From the NCBI GenBank assembly GCA_046597055.1, contig JBKJLC010000141.1, positions 1 to 44,930 of the forward strand: 44,930 bases of DNA, given 5' to 3'. The notes beneath the pieces were generated by a model. That model saw only the letters and a program-made list of their open reading frames with translations. It ran no database searches and was not told where the DNA came from. The position numbers and the translations under genes are program-made. Origin of the DNA: Kofleriaceae bacterium (GTDB taxonomy: Bacteria > Myxococcota_A > Polyangia > Haliangiales > Haliangiaceae). Below, in pieces: positions 30,117-41,527 of the stretch (positions within the stretch are counted from its first letter, which is position 1; each line of letters starts with the position of its first letter).

Positions 30117-33023
30117 TCAGGGCACTGCTGACCGTCGCGCCAGCCAGGCGTCCACCTGGGCAAGCGGTGTCACGTGCGCTGCCTCCGACGCGGCGTAGGC
30201 GGCCCGCGCCGCGCGAGCCAGGGTCAGCGCACGGTCGCGCTCGTGCGGACCGAGCACGCGGGCCAGGAGAAACAGGGCCTGGGCGTGCTCGGCAGGGGCG
30301 ACGCCCGGCCCCGACAGGATCTGGTTGCCGCGCTCGACGAGCGCGCGCGCTGCCGCGCGGTGACCGAGCGCGAGCCGGGTCTCGGCCAGCACGGTCAAGG
30401 TGCGGCCGATCTTCTCGTGGCCGGGTGGCAGCGCCCGCTCGTGGATGGCCAGCGCGCGCTCGAGGCGGACGGCCGCCTCCGCCGGTTGCCCCCGCGCCAG
30501 CAGGGCCTCGCCGAGCATCTGCTGCGCGCTCGCGACCTCGAAGTGATCGGGGTCGAGCCGCTGCTCGCGAATGGCGAGGGCGCGCTCGAGGTGACCCACC
30601 GCCTCGTCGTGCCGCGCCTCCTCCGAGGCGAGGGCGCCGAGGTTGACCAGCGTCTGGGCGACATCGGGATGGTCGCGCCCGAGCAGCTCCTCGCGAACGG
30701 CGAGGGCGCGCTCGAGATGCGCGCGCGCGCCCGACAGGTCGCCGCGCTTGACCTCGACCAGCCCGAGGTTCTGCAGCAGGGCCGCCACCTGGATGCTGCG
30801 CGCGCCGAGGGCCGGTTCGATCGTCGCCACCGCCTGTTCGTAGCGTCGCTGTGCCTCGTCCAGCCGGCCCTGGAGCAGGGCGAGGTTGCCGAGGTTCGAC
30901 GCAGCGTAGCCGACGTAGGGGTGGGCGGGACCGAGGACCTGCTCCAGGATCGCCACCGCGCGGTCGAGATGCGCGCGCGCGCCGTCGTAGTCGCCTTGCT
31001 CCTGCAGGATGGTGGCGAGCCCGTTGAGGGTGATCGCGACCGGGAAGCTGCTTGGGCCGTTCAGCCGTTCACGGAGGGCGAGCGCTTGTTCGCGCGCAGC
31101 CCGCGCCCCGGCCAGGTCACCTTCGTACGCCAGGACCCCGCCGACCGCGTAGAGCAGGATGCCGCGCAGCTCGTCGTCGCCGCCGGCGCGCGCCACCGCT
31201 GCCTCCGCGATCGGACGGAGCTGACGGGCGTCGGCGAAGCGGCGCTGCTTCTCACCGACCAGCAGATAGAGGTCGAGGGCGGCCCGCGCCGCACGGCGAT
31301 CGTCGCGAGCCTCGGCGGCGGCCAGATAGGCGGCGCGCAGCGAGGCCTCGGCGACCGCCGGCTCGCCTTGCTCGCGCTGCTGCTGGGCGAGGACGAGCAG
31401 CGCCTCGGCGATCATCGCGGCGTGGCCGGTGGCGCGGGCGCGCGCCTGGACCTCGGTGGCGGCGGCGAGCGCGTCGCGCGGCTTGCCAGCCTTGGCCATG
31501 ACCTCGATCTCGTCGAGGTGACCGCGCACCGCGGTGATCTCGGCGCGCGCGGCCGGGTCGGCCGGCAGCGGATACGCGGTGAGCGCCGCGACATCGGCGC
31601 ACTCGGCGTTGCCCGGCAGCCAGGTCGCGGCGGACACCGCGCGATCGAGCACGGCCGGGTCGGGCGCCGCCGCGTAGAGCCGGGTCAGCGCTCCCAGGGC
31701 CGCCAGCCGGCGGTCGAGGCACATCATGCGCAGATCGAGCAGGGACTCCGACTGCTCGCGGCGCACCGTTGCCTTGCAGGTCTCGATGTGCGCGCTGGTC
31801 CATCCGGCCGCGTACTCGTCGAGGATGCGCTCGACGCGATCGGCCGTCGCGGCCGCGTAGGGGCGCGCGGTCGCGGTGAAGGCGGCGCGCACGGCGACGC
31901 GGGTCGCAGGGTCCCACACGCCACCGAGCCGACGGTGGGCACCCGTGCACGCCGACGCAGCGGGCGAGTGGCCCGTCAGGCTGACCGCGATGGCCGCCAC
32001 CGTCGCCAGCGCGGTCGTGCCCGCCGCCCCGAGAATCACGCGGCGCCGGCGCGCCAGGCCGTGCTCGAGCGTGGCGACCAGCGCGCTGATCGACAGGTGG
32101 CGTCGGACCGGATCACCGTCGAGGCCACGAACGATGGCGCGGCGCAGCCAGCCCGGGACGCGGACCCCGGCCGGCGGGGCCGTCAGCCGGCCGTCGATGA
32201 TTGCCAGGCCGACCGCGACGGCGGGTTCCAGTCCGTCGGTGGTGTCGGCGAGGAACGGCCGGCGGCCGAACAGCGCCTCCCACAGCGAGACGCAGAAGGC
32301 GAACTGGTCGGATGACGGTCCGGCGGCGCGGCCGAGGTGCTGCTCGGGCGCCATGTAGGCGGGGGTTCCGATGAGGTCGCCGGCAGCGGTGAGCGTGGCG
32401 ATCAGGCGGATGCGATCATCGCCGGCGTGGCTGTCGCAGGCGCCGCCACTGGGCACGGTCACCGCCTCGTCGGCACGTGCCGGCAACGCCGCGCCGCCGC
32501 GGTCGGCGCCGTCCGCGCCGGTGCCGTCGGACAGACGCGCGATGCCGAAGTCGCCCACCGCGACCCGGCCGTCCGCGGCGATCAGGACGTTGTCGGGCTT
32601 GAAGTCGCGGTGGATCAGCCCAGCCGCGTGGGCGGCGGCGAGGCCGCGGCCGGCGGCCACGAACGCCTCGACGATCGCGCGCCACGGCCGCGGCGTCGCG
32701 ACCCACTCGCGCAGGCTGCTGCCGGCGATCAGCTCCATGGCGATGTAGACTCGGTCCTCGTCCTCGCCGACGTCGTAGACCGCGACCACGCCCGGGTGGT
32801 CAAGCTGGGCCATCGCCCGCGCCTCGCGGCGCAGGCGCTCGCTCCAGGTCGCGAGGCCGTCCTTCAGCACCTTGATCGCGACCTTGCGACCGAGCTCGGG
32901 ATCATCGGCCGCCCACACCTGGCCCATCGCGCCGGCGCCGAGGCGGGCGGTCAGCTGGTAGCGACCCAGGCGGGCGCCGGCGGCCAGCGCCGGTGGCGCG
33001 GAATCCGCCGACGGCTCGATCAT
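30117..33023 (-). CDS. Hanks-type Ser/Thr protein kinase with TM segment and C-terminal TPR repeats
   Basis: LGAGAMGQV, VAIK, HRDFKPDN, DFG, GTPAYMAPEQ; repeated LG..HP TPR units. Confidence 0.96.
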   Translation of the reverse strand: MIEPSADSAPPALAAGARLGRYQLTARLGAGAMGQVWAADDPELGRKVAIKVLKDGLATWSERLRREARAMAQLDHPGVVAVYDVGEDEDRVYIAMELIAGSSLREWVATPRPWRAIVEAFVAAGRGLAAAHAAGLIHRDFKPDNVLIAADGRVAVGDFGIARLSDGTGADGADRGGAALPARADEAVTVPSGGACDSHAGDDRIRLIATLTAAGDLIGTPAYMAPEQHLGRAAGPSSDQFAFCVSLWEALFGRRPFLADTTDGLEPAVAVGLAIIDGRLTAPPAGVRVPGWLRRAIVRGLDGDPVRRHLSISALVATLEHGLARRRRVILGAAGTTALATVAAIAVSLTGHSPAASACTGAHRRLGGVWDPATRVAVRAAFTATARPYAAATADRVERILDEYAAGWTSAHIETCKATVRREQSESLLDLRMMCLDRRLAALGALTRLYAAAPDPAVLDRAVSAATWLPGNAECADVAALTAYPLPADPAARAEITAVRGHLDEIEVMAKAGKPRDALAAATEVQARARATGHAAMIAEALLVLAQQQREQGEPAVAEASLRAAYLAAAEARDDRRAARAALDLYLLVGEKQRRFADARQLRPIAEAAVARAGGDDELRGILLYAVGGVLAYEGDLAGARAAREQALALRERLNGPSSFPVAITLNGLATILQEQGDYDGARAHLDRAVAILEQVLGPAHPYVGYAASNLGNLALLQGRLDEAQRRYEQAVATIEPALGARSIQVAALLQNLGLVEVKRGDLSGARAHLERALAVREELLGRDHPDVAQTLVNLGALASEEARHDEAVGHLERALAIREQRLDPDHFEVASAQQMLGEALLARGQPAEAAVRLERALAIHERALPPGHEKIGRTLTVLAETRLALGHRAAARALVERGNQILSGPGVAPAEHAQALFLLARVLGPHERDRALTLARAARAAYAASEAAHVTPLAQVDAWLARRSAVP

Positions 33024-33269
33024 GCGTCACTGTATGTCACCGCCCGATGGTCAGCGTCGACGAAGTACGTCGTGAACCGGCGCCGCGCTGCGGGAACCAC
33101 GCAGATCACGGCGGAGCGTTGCGCTACACTGGCCGATGATGGCGCCCGCCGTGCGCCCGATGGCCACCCCTACGCTAGGACGGGCTGGTCGTGCATCTCG
33201 GCGAGCGATTTCGCCGCGGCGGCGGCGACCGGGGCAAGGCCAGATCTACCAGTGCGGAAGGGGTGGGGC

Positions 33270-34097
33270 ATGAATGGTCGAAGGTCATTGGTCGTCGTCG
33301 GCTCGTTGACGCTGGCGATTGCCGTGGCGCACGCCGAGCCGGCGTCGCCATCGAGCACGTCGACGCCGGCGTCGACCGGTGGACGCGTTCCGGCTCGCCT
33401 CGTCGACCGGCCCCACATCCTGCCGGCCAGGACGCTCGAGCTCGATGGCTGGATGGGCGCGGCGTGGCAGCCGGGCTACGGGTTCGTGCTCGCCGGCGTG
33501 AGCAGCCGCTATTCACTGGGCTTCCTCGAGGCGTTCCTGGGACTCGAGGCGGTCGTGATCGATCCTGAGCCCCAGGACCCGATCCTCAGCACGCTGCACG
33601 ACCTCCACGCCGGCGCCCGACTCCGCCTCGGGCCGGGTTCCGGCCAGGTGAGAATCGATCGCTTCGATACCATCGGACGCCGGGTGACATACGGCGCGGC
33701 CCAGAGCGAGCTCGAGCTCCGCGGCACCTATGCGTACAAGGGGCGGGTCCGTGACAACCTGGCAGTGACCGGCGAGGGCGGTCTGGTGTTCGACGTGGAC
33801 ACCATGACCGAGTTCGATCGCCCGGGCGAAACGGTCCAGGCGCTCTCCGTGGTCGGACGCGTCGAGGGCCAGGTCTCCACGGCCAATCGCCTCGGCTTCG
33901 TCGCCAGCCTGCAGCTGGCCCAGCGGGTGACCGGTGGCGGCAGCAGCGTCGTTCGCAGCGGGATGCTGGTCGGCGAAGGGCTCTATACGCACGTGGCGTT
34001 CGATACCTTCGCGCGGCTCGAGACGCGCGTGGTCGACCATGGAGGTCGGGCGTACACGGTCGTGCTCGCGGCCGGCTTGCGGCTGCGCCCCCTGTAA
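33270..34097 (+). CDS. hypothetical secreted, probable outer-membrane beta-barrel protein
   Basis: Signal peptide ...AVAHA|EPA; amphipathic strands; ends AGLRLRPL. Confidence 0.65.
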   Translation: MNGRRSLVVVGSLTLAIAVAHAEPASPSSTSTPASTGGRVPARLVDRPHILPARTLELDGWMGAAWQPGYGFVLAGVSSRYSLGFLEAFLGLEAVVIDPEPQDPILSTLHDLHAGARLRLGPGSGQVRIDRFDTIGRRVTYGAAQSELELRGTYAYKGRVRDNLAVTGEGGLVFDVDTMTEFDRPGETVQALSVVGRVEGQVSTANRLGFVASLQLAQRVTGGGSSVVRSGMLVGEGLYTHVAFDTFARLETRVVDHGGRAYTVVLAAGLRLRPL

Positions 34098-34165
34098 GCC
34101 GCGCATCGGTGAGGTGCAGCTGGTCCCGACCGGATCCGAGCCGGTCGGCGCCGGGGGCCGGAAGT

Positions 34166-34190
34166 AAAAACCCCGCGGCAGCGCAGGGTT
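34166..34190 (-). terminator. intrinsic terminator downstream of tRNA-Cys
   Basis: Minus strand AACCCTGCG-CTGC-CGCGGGGTT-TTT. Confidence 0.75.
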
Positions 34191-34196
34191 GATTCG

Positions 34197-34268
34197 AGGA
34201 GCCGCCCGGATTTGAACCGGGGGATGGTGGTTTTGCAGACCACTGCCTTACCGCTTGGCTACGGCTCC
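34197..34268 (-). tRNA. tRNA-Cys (GCA), CCA not encoded
   Basis: GGAGCCGTAGCCAAGCGGTAAGGCAGTGGTCTGCAAAACCACCATCCCCGGTTCAAATCCGGGCGGCTCCT: cloverleaf, GCA anticodon, U73 discriminator. Confidence 0.97.
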
Positions 34269-34338
34269 GAGTTGTCCCGCGGTCTTACCCCGGCGGCCGC
34301 GGCGCCGCAAGATGCTCGCGCTCGTTGTAGCGTCGGCC

Positions 34339-34917
34339 GTGGCCAAGCTCTACTTCCGCTACGGAACGATGGACAGCGCGAAGACGCTGAACCTGCTTGC
34401 GGTCGCGCACAACTATCGCAAGCAGGGCAAGCGCTGCCTCTTGCTCAAGCCCCAGCTCGACACCCGGTTCGGCACCAACACGATCGGGTCGCGCTCCGGG
34501 CTGGCGACCGAGGCCGACCTGATCGTTGGCGAAGACACCCCGCTGCCGGCCAGCCTGTTCGTCGACACCCACTGCGTGCTCGTCGACGAGGCCCAGTTCC
34601 TGAGCCCGGCGGCGGTCGAAGCGCTGCGCCGGGCGACCGTCGATCCCGGCGTCCCGGTCATCTGCTACGGCCTGCGCACCGACTTCCGGACCCGGCTGTT
34701 CCCCGGCGCGCAGCGGCTGATGGAGCTCGCCGACCGCATCGAGGAGGTCAAGGTGACCTGCCAGTACTGCAACTCGAAGGCGGTGTGCAACCTGCGGCTC
34801 CAGAACGGGAAGGCTGCGCTGGATGGGCCCACGATCCAGCTGGGCGACACCGAGTATCACCCGGTGTGCTGGCGGCACTACGACGAGGCGGTCGCGGCAT
34901 CCATGAAGGCCGTCTGA
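34339..34917 (+). CDS. tdk: thymidine kinase
   Basis: AKLYFRYGTMDSAKT, LVDEAQF, YGLRTDF, CxxC, VCWRHY. Confidence 0.96.
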   Translation: MAKLYFRYGTMDSAKTLNLLAVAHNYRKQGKRCLLLKPQLDTRFGTNTIGSRSGLATEADLIVGEDTPLPASLFVDTHCVLVDEAQFLSPAAVEALRRATVDPGVPVICYGLRTDFRTRLFPGAQRLMELADRIEEVKVTCQYCNSKAVCNLRLQNGKAALDGPTIQLGDTEYHPVCWRHYDEAVAASMKAV

Positions 34918-35034
34918 TCGCATCCGGAGCGAGGGGACCGTCGTCGCACCATTACAACTACTCGACGATTCAATACGTTGAAATGACAAGAAAAGTTTGG
35001 CCGTGCCGGCCGGGCGAACGTAGTGTCCGTGCAC

Positions 35035-35508
35035 ATGAACAAGCTGATCAAGATCGTGTCCGCCCTCGCCCTCGTGTCCACCCTCTCGCTTGCTGGCTGC
35101 AAGAAGAAGGACGAGGCCGGCGACACGAAGTCGACCACCACGACCACGACCACCACCACCCCCAAGGCGGGTGAGGGCACGGCCGCTGGTACGGCCGCCG
35201 TCGGCGGCACCGCGACGGGTACCTCTACCACCACCACCACCACCACGACCACCACCACCGAGAGCACTGGCGTTCCCGAGTGCGACGCCTACCTGGCCGC
35301 GTTCGAGAAGCTCGCCAAGTGCGACAAGGCCGGTCCGGCCCTCGACGGTCTGAAGCAGGGCCTCGAGGCCACCAAGCAGGGCTGGGCGGCGTGGAAGGAC
35401 ATGCCGGCCGACCAGCTGGAGATGTCGAAGAAGGCGGCGGCTCCGGGCTGCAAGGCTGGCGAGGACGCGCTCAAGTCGACCGCGTCGAGCCTCGGCTGCG
35501 AGATCTGA
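35035..35508 (+). CDS. lipoprotein with Thr-rich linker and 4-Cys helical domain
   Basis: LAGC lipobox, poly-Thr tracts, TGVPECDAY...C...C...LGC. Confidence 0.85.
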   Translation: MNKLIKIVSALALVSTLSLAGCKKKDEAGDTKSTTTTTTTTTPKAGEGTAAGTAAVGGTATGTSTTTTTTTTTTTESTGVPECDAYLAAFEKLAKCDKAGPALDGLKQGLEATKQGWAAWKDMPADQLEMSKKAAAPGCKAGEDALKSTASSLGCEI

Positions 35509-35601
35509 TCTCGATCGCTATCCGTCGCTGCTGATCGCAGCACACGGATCGCAGCGCATGCGCCGCGCGGGACTCGTCCCGGGCGGCGTTGGCGTTTTCG
35601 G

Positions 35602-35680
<79 letters not shown>

Positions 35681-35683
35681 GGG

Positions 35684-36199
35684 TCAGGGCCGCGCGTTGT
35701 CGGGTGGGGTGCGCGGCCGATCGGTAGGCGGCCCATCGGCCGGCGGCTCGGGATCGGCGTCGGGCGCCGGCTCGGCCTTCGGCGGCCGGGCCGGCTTCGG
35801 GGGCGGCCTGACCACCGGAGGTTCGCTGCCCAGCTCGGCGCGCAGCTTGCGCTCGAAGCGCTCGAGCATTGCGGCCTCGACGTAGCTCGGGCGGTCCTCG
35901 ATCCGCAGCACGAGCCGCACCGCGGGCCGGCCGGCGCTCTCGACCACGACCAGCTCGAGCGCGCCCGGGAAGGTCTTGCCGTCCTCGGTCAGCTCGAAGA
36001 GGACGTAGCCGGCGTCGCCATCTTTCTCGACGATCCTCACCCGCTCGTCGACGCGCAGGAAGCGCACGGCGGCCGGAAACACCCGCGTCACCGGGTACGC
36101 GAGGGTCTTCTCACTCCTCGCCCACGCCGGGGCCGGGCGGGTGACCACCAGCGACAGCCCGAGCGCGAGGGAGCACAGGATCCTGGTCAGCCGGCTCAC
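35684..36199 (-). CDS. hypothetical secreted protein with Pro-rich tail
   Basis: Signal peptide ...PAWA|RSE; VRFLRVD..IVEKD..GYVLF. Start at GTG 36199 or ATG 36226. Confidence 0.75.
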   Translation of the reverse strand: MSRLTRILCSLALGLSLVVTRPAPAWARSEKTLAYPVTRVFPAAVRFLRVDERVRIVEKDGDAGYVLFELTEDGKTFPGALELVVVESAGRPAVRLVLRIEDRPSYVEAAMLERFERKLRAELGSEPPVVRPPPKPARPPKAEPAPDADPEPPADGPPTDRPRTPPDNARP

Positions 36200-37268
36200 G
36201 GGCGGGAGCGTCGCCCGGTGGTGCATCGGCGTCCAGTTTTCGCGACGCCCACAGCTCGCGGAAGGAGACGTGGGGCGTCGCCACCGCGAGCAAGCCCACG
36301 CCGACGTACCAGATCACCTGGAGCCCGTGGATGAAGATCGCGTAGGCGAGCACGGTGCCGTAGTGCGGCGAGCCCTCGGTGGCCGCGCCGATCAGCTCGA
36401 GCGACACGCCGAGCATGGTCAGGTACTGGAACTGCCCGACCAGCCCGGGCGCGTTGGGCAGCGAGATGCCGACCGCGACCAGGCCCATGGTCGCGAACGC
36501 CCCGACCAGGGAGAGGTCGACGCCCATGCCGCGCGCGAGCAGCCAGGTCATCACGCCGTTGGCGCCCCAGTAGGCGAGGCTCCAGGCCAGGAACACGGCC
36601 ATGTTGCGGCGATCGCGCAGCACCGCGAAGCCGCGGATCAGCTCGAGCAGCTTGCCCTCGAGCCGCGACGCCAGCTGCGGGAACAGCACCGACACCAGCG
36701 TGAGCTTGAGCGCGGTCGACACCGTCCACGCCGGCCACTGCAGCGCGAACACCAGGCCGATCGTCGCCACGCCGAACACGGCGAGCGCGACGTACGCGGT
36801 CGGCATCATCCAGCCGGGCGCGCCCGGGCCGCGCAGCGCGAAGAAGCAGCCGAACACCATCAGCGACACGATCAGGCCGTCGATGATCCGCTCGACCGCG
36901 ACGGTGCCGAGCGCCGCCGACGCCGACACGTGGCCCTTCTTGCGGATCAGCGCCGGCCGCACCAGCTCGCCGAGCCGCGCGGGCAGGACCAGGATCGCCA
37001 TGAAGCCGACCGACGACACCGCGAGCAGCCGGCCGGCGCCGAGCCGCACGCCCAGCGGCGCCAGCAGGTAATTCCACCGCCAGGCGCGACACCAGTGCAC
37101 GACGACGAGCAGCGCGTAGAAGCCGACCAGGTACGGCCCGAAGCCGCGCAGGGTCAGGCGCTCGAACGCGACCTCGAGCGCCCACCGGTCGTGCGGGCTG
37201 GGCCAGATCAGCCACAGCGACAGGGCCAGCATGGCCAGGCTGAGGAACAGGTTGATCGCGAGCTTCAT
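36111..37268 (-). CDS. lysylphosphatidylglycerol synthase TM-domain (UPF0104, flippase-like) protein
   Basis: [30 protein letters not shown]. Confidence 0.88.
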   Translation of the reverse strand: MKLAINLFLSLAMLALSLWLIWPSPHDRWALEVAFERLTLRGFGPYLVGFYALLVVVHWCRAWRWNYLLAPLGVRLGAGRLLAVSSVGFMAILVLPARLGELVRPALIRKKGHVSASAALGTVAVERIIDGLIVSLMVFGCFFALRGPGAPGWMMPTAYVALAVFGVATIGLVFALQWPAWTVSTALKLTLVSVLFPQLASRLEGKLLELIRGFAVLRDRRNMAVFLAWSLAYWGANGVMTWLLARGMGVDLSLVGAFATMGLVAVGISLPNAPGLVGQFQYLTMLGVSLELIGAATEGSPHYGTVLAYAIFIHGLQVIWYVGVGLLAVATPHVSFRELWASRKLDADAPPGDAPAREPADQDPVLPRARAVAGGHPPGPGVGEE

Positions 37269-37284
37269 CGTCGTGGGCCGGTCG

Positions 37285-37992
37285 CTATTCGGGGAGCTCG
37301 CCGGCGAGGATCGCGCGCGGGCCGTCGTCGAGCAGCCGCACGACCGCGGCGCGCCCGAGCCGTTTCTCGATCCACGCGATCCCCTCGGCAGCGCTGCGGA
37401 CATCCTCGAGCGTGTGCGAGTCGGTCGCGACCGCCGCGGCCAGGCCCTCCTCGACGAACCGCCGGGCGGCCTTCTGCTGCTTCTTCCCGTGGTAGCCAGC
37501 GATCGCGCCAAGGTCGATCTGGAACGCGCAGTGCTGGCGGAGCCGCTCGACCATGGTGTCGTCGCCCCAGAGAGGTTCGTAGCGCTCGGGGTGGGCCAGG
37601 ACCGGGGTCCGGCCGGCCATGCGCAGGCGGAACAGGTGCTCGATCAGGCCGATCGGGAGCGCGGCCGGCCGCAGCTCCACCAGGAACACGGTCCCGTCAT
37701 CGTAGGACGGGATCTCGTTGCGCTGCGACCGCTCGAAGAACACATCGTCCCACATGTTCTCGGCGGCCAGCCGCACGGTCGGTCCGCCAGTAACCTCGCG
37801 GGCCTGCGCGAACGCGACGTCGATGGCGGCCCGCGTCGGCATGAACTGCCCGGCCTTCTGATGCGGCGTGGCATAGACGTCGGAGAACCCCAGCGCGCCC
37901 AGCGCGCCGATCATCGCCCGGGTGGTGGCGACGTCGCGCGAGCCGTCATCGAGCCCGGCGAGCACGTGCGAGTGGAGGTCGACGAAGCCCAC
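37285..37992 (-). CDS. CpsB/CapC (PHP family) tyrosine-protein phosphatase
   Basis: DLHSHVL..LDDG, ATPH, LAHPERY, ATDSH. True start near GTG 37992. Confidence 0.9.
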   Translation of the reverse strand: MGFVDLHSHVLAGLDDGSRDVATTRAMIGALGALGFSDVYATPHQKAGQFMPTRAAIDVAFAQAREVTGGPTVRLAAENMWDDVFFERSQRNEIPSYDDGTVFLVELRPAALPIGLIEHLFRLRMAGRTPVLAHPERYEPLWGDDTMVERLRQHCAFQIDLGAIAGYHGKKQQKAARRFVEEGLAAAVATDSHTLEDVRSAAEGIAWIEKRLGRAAVVRLLDDGPRAILAGELPE

Positions 37993-38148
37993 GACGGACG
38001 GATGTAACGTACGGCAACGGTGCGGAGCAACGCCAGGACGCAACTTGCCGACATCGCGAGTGTCCCGGGAACGCTGCCGTTGCTCCGCCAGATCACGCGT
38101 GATAATGATCTGATTGGCGCCGGCACCCCCCCGCCACACGAGGAACGA

Positions 38149-38910
38149 ATGGCCAGCCAGCCCGAGAAGCGCGAAAATTCGGTTCTGTTTTCCCTCCGCG
38201 AGCTCCGCTCGATCGAGGAGAGCCGGGTCAAGGAAGAAGAAGACGCGACCCGCTCCGCCGAGGAGGCGCGCATCCGCGCCAAGATGGACGAAGAGCGGCG
38301 CTTGCGCGAGACCGAGGAGGCCAAGCAGCGGGCCACCCTGGAGCAGGCGCGCCTCGAGCGCGAGGCCGCCGAGGCCCGCGTCCGCGAGGAGGCGATGCGG
38401 ATCCAGGAGGCGGAGGCGCGTGCGCGCGCCGATCACCAGGCTCAGCTCGAGGCGTCGCGCCTCCATCACGAGATGGAGATCCGCAAGACCGAGGCGTCGA
38501 AGAAGCGTCCGGTGGCCCTGGTCGTCGCGATGCTCATCTTCGCCGCGATCACCGTCGGCGCGGTGCTCTTCATGGTCCAGCGCTCCAACGAGAAGGAGCG
38601 CGCCGAGGCCGCGCAGAAGCAGGCCGAGGAAGATCGCGAGAAAGCCGACGCGATCGCCAAGCAGAAGTCGCAAGAGACCGCCGACCTCAAGGCCCAGCTC
38701 GAGAGCCTGAGCGAGGCCGTCGAGCTGCTCGACAAGCAGATGGCCGAGGCCGATCGCCAGCTGGCGTCGGCGACCAACGAGGCCGACCGCCAGAAGGTCC
38801 GCGAGCGCCAGGCCGCGATCAACGCGTCCAAGCGCGAGGCCCAGGCCCGCATCAACAAGGTGCGCGCCGGCGTGAAGCTGAAGTGCCCGCCCGATCAGCC
38901 GCTCTGCTGA
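38149..38910 (+). CDS. single-pass membrane coiled-coil protein
   Basis: GAGGA SD; RENSVLFSL N-terminal motif, E/R/A coiled coil, one TM, C-terminal CPPDQPLC. Confidence 0.85.
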   Translation: MASQPEKRENSVLFSLRELRSIEESRVKEEEDATRSAEEARIRAKMDEERRLRETEEAKQRATLEQARLEREAAEARVREEAMRIQEAEARARADHQAQLEASRLHHEMEIRKTEASKKRPVALVVAMLIFAAITVGAVLFMVQRSNEKERAEAAQKQAEEDREKADAIAKQKSQETADLKAQLESLSEAVELLDKQMAEADRQLASATNEADRQKVRERQAAINASKREAQARINKVRAGVKLKCPPDQPLC

Positions 38911-38937
38911 TCCAGGCTCGTCGCGACTCGTAGTCAT

Positions 38938-38968
38938 GCGCGGCCCCTCGAGGGCCGCGCGGCATTTT
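38938..38968 (+). terminator. intrinsic terminator
   Basis: GCGCGGCCC-CTCGA-GGGCCGCGC then GGCATTTT. Confidence 0.7.
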
Positions 38969-39056
38969 CGGAGAGCGTCGCGACCAACCTGGCCGCGATT
39001 TCATGGATCGCATCGCGGCCATCCCGATCTACACTTGAGGTGATCGGGAGGTGACC

Positions 39057-39359
39057 ATGGCGTCAGGATCGGCCCCAGGCGGCGACCAGCCCTCGTTGCA
39101 TTGTGAGTGTCGGCGCGCGCCGGGGTTCGAGCGCGGCCTGCTCCGATGGAGCTTCGCGCTCCTCATCTTCAGCGCAGCCACCCTCGATGCGATGTGGGTG
39201 ATACCGGCCCAGCGCGTGGTGCGCGAGCGCGCGAGCGTGACCGATCCGTACCTGCGCAAGTGCCCGGCCCGGGCGGTCGCACGGCCGGCCCCGCCGGGCG
39301 AGCGCGAGCTGCGCGTGATCGACATCAAGCTGATGACGCCGCGGCAAGCGGCGCGCTAG
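39057..39359 (+). CDS. small hypothetical membrane protein
   Basis: GGGAGG SD, one hydrophobic segment, GC3-rich codons. Confidence 0.5.
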   Translation: MASGSAPGGDQPSLHCECRRAPGFERGLLRWSFALLIFSAATLDAMWVIPAQRVVRERASVTDPYLRKCPARAVARPAPPGERELRVIDIKLMTPRQAAR

Positions 39360-39455
39360 CGCCCTCGACCGGCGAGCGGGCATCACCCGCGAGACTCGCG
39401 TCCAGCGTCGCGACGGATGCGGTCTGACCGCTTGTTGTGGAGTAGAGTGCCCGCG

Positions 39456-40480
<1,025 letters not shown>

Positions 40481-40484
<4 letters not shown>

Positions 40485-41527
40485 CGCGCGCGCTCGTGCT
40501 GGTGGCGACCGCGGCGTGCTCGGCCTCGGCCCTGCCGTCGGAGCTCGCCCGCGCCTACGAGCGCGAGCAGGCCGGCGACGATGCCGGCGCGCTGGCGGCC
40601 TACCGCGCCACGTCGGCCCGGCTGTGCGCCGAACCGGGGCCCTCGCGCCAGGAGCGCGACGACTGCGCGCGCGCCCTGGTCGGCGAGGCCGAGCTGCTCG
40701 AGCGCACCGGCGAGGTCGACCAGGCGATCGCGGCCTATGCGGCGATCCCGTCCCGCACCGGCGGCGCCGCGCCACCGTCGGCGCTCGGGCTGTTCCGCGC
40801 CGGGCGTCTGTCGTACGACCGCGATCGGGTCGACGTGGCCGCGGGCTACCTGTGGAAGGTGGTCGCCGACTACCCCGACGAGGCGTTCGCGGCCGACGCG
40901 ATCGGCTTCATCGTCGAGCGGACCCGCCGGATCGACGCCCGGGCGCTGTGGGCGCGCCTGAGCGAGCTCTATCCCGCGCTCGACGCGCGCGACGTCGCCG
41001 ACAATCTGCTGTGGTGGCTCGCCGAGCTGGCCGAGCACGAGCTGGCCGACCCCATGGCGGCGCGGGCCCTGTACGACCGGATCCCGACCGACCACCCCAC
41101 CAGCGGCCTGCGCGACGACGCCCGCTGGCGCGGCGCCACGCTGTCGCGGGCGGCGGGCGACTTCGAGGGCGCGGTGACCCGGCTGCGCGGGCTGCTGGCG
41201 ACCCGCGAGGTCTCGCTCGGCGCCGGCTCGTACTTCTCGGTCTGGCTCGACGACGGGCAGCTGCTGCTCGGCCGGGTCCTGCGCGACGATCTGAAGCGCC
41301 CGGACGCCGCCCAGGCCGCGTTCGCCAAGCTGCCGTCGGACTATCCGCGCTCGATCCTGGTCGACGACGCGCTCGACGAGCTGGCGGCCACCGCGCTCGC
41401 CCGCGGCGACGCGCAGGCGGCGTGCCAGGCCAGCGCCCGCCTGCTCGCGCACGATCCCGACAGCCGGTTCGCCGCGCGCGCGCGCGAGCGCCGGGCCGCG
41501 CATGACTGTCCGGAGACCGGACGTTGA
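40481..41527 (+). CDS. TPR lipoprotein
   Basis: ATGA overlap with ltaE; TAAC lipobox-like; TPR units ending YPD/HPTS/YPRS. Confidence 0.85.

Noticed and set aside
28703..32315. Long + strand ORFs 28703-30646 and 30174-32315 (likewise 9777-11783, 4337-5977, 36141-37793)
   Set aside because: Antisense to genes with clear motifs and lacking recognisable motifs themselves.
37993..38937. N-terminal extension of the 550-aa ORF (similar extensions occur at 14315, 32337, 39710, 41502)
   Set aside because: Shadow or off-frame extensions caused by stop-codon scarcity in high-GC DNA; not true fusions.
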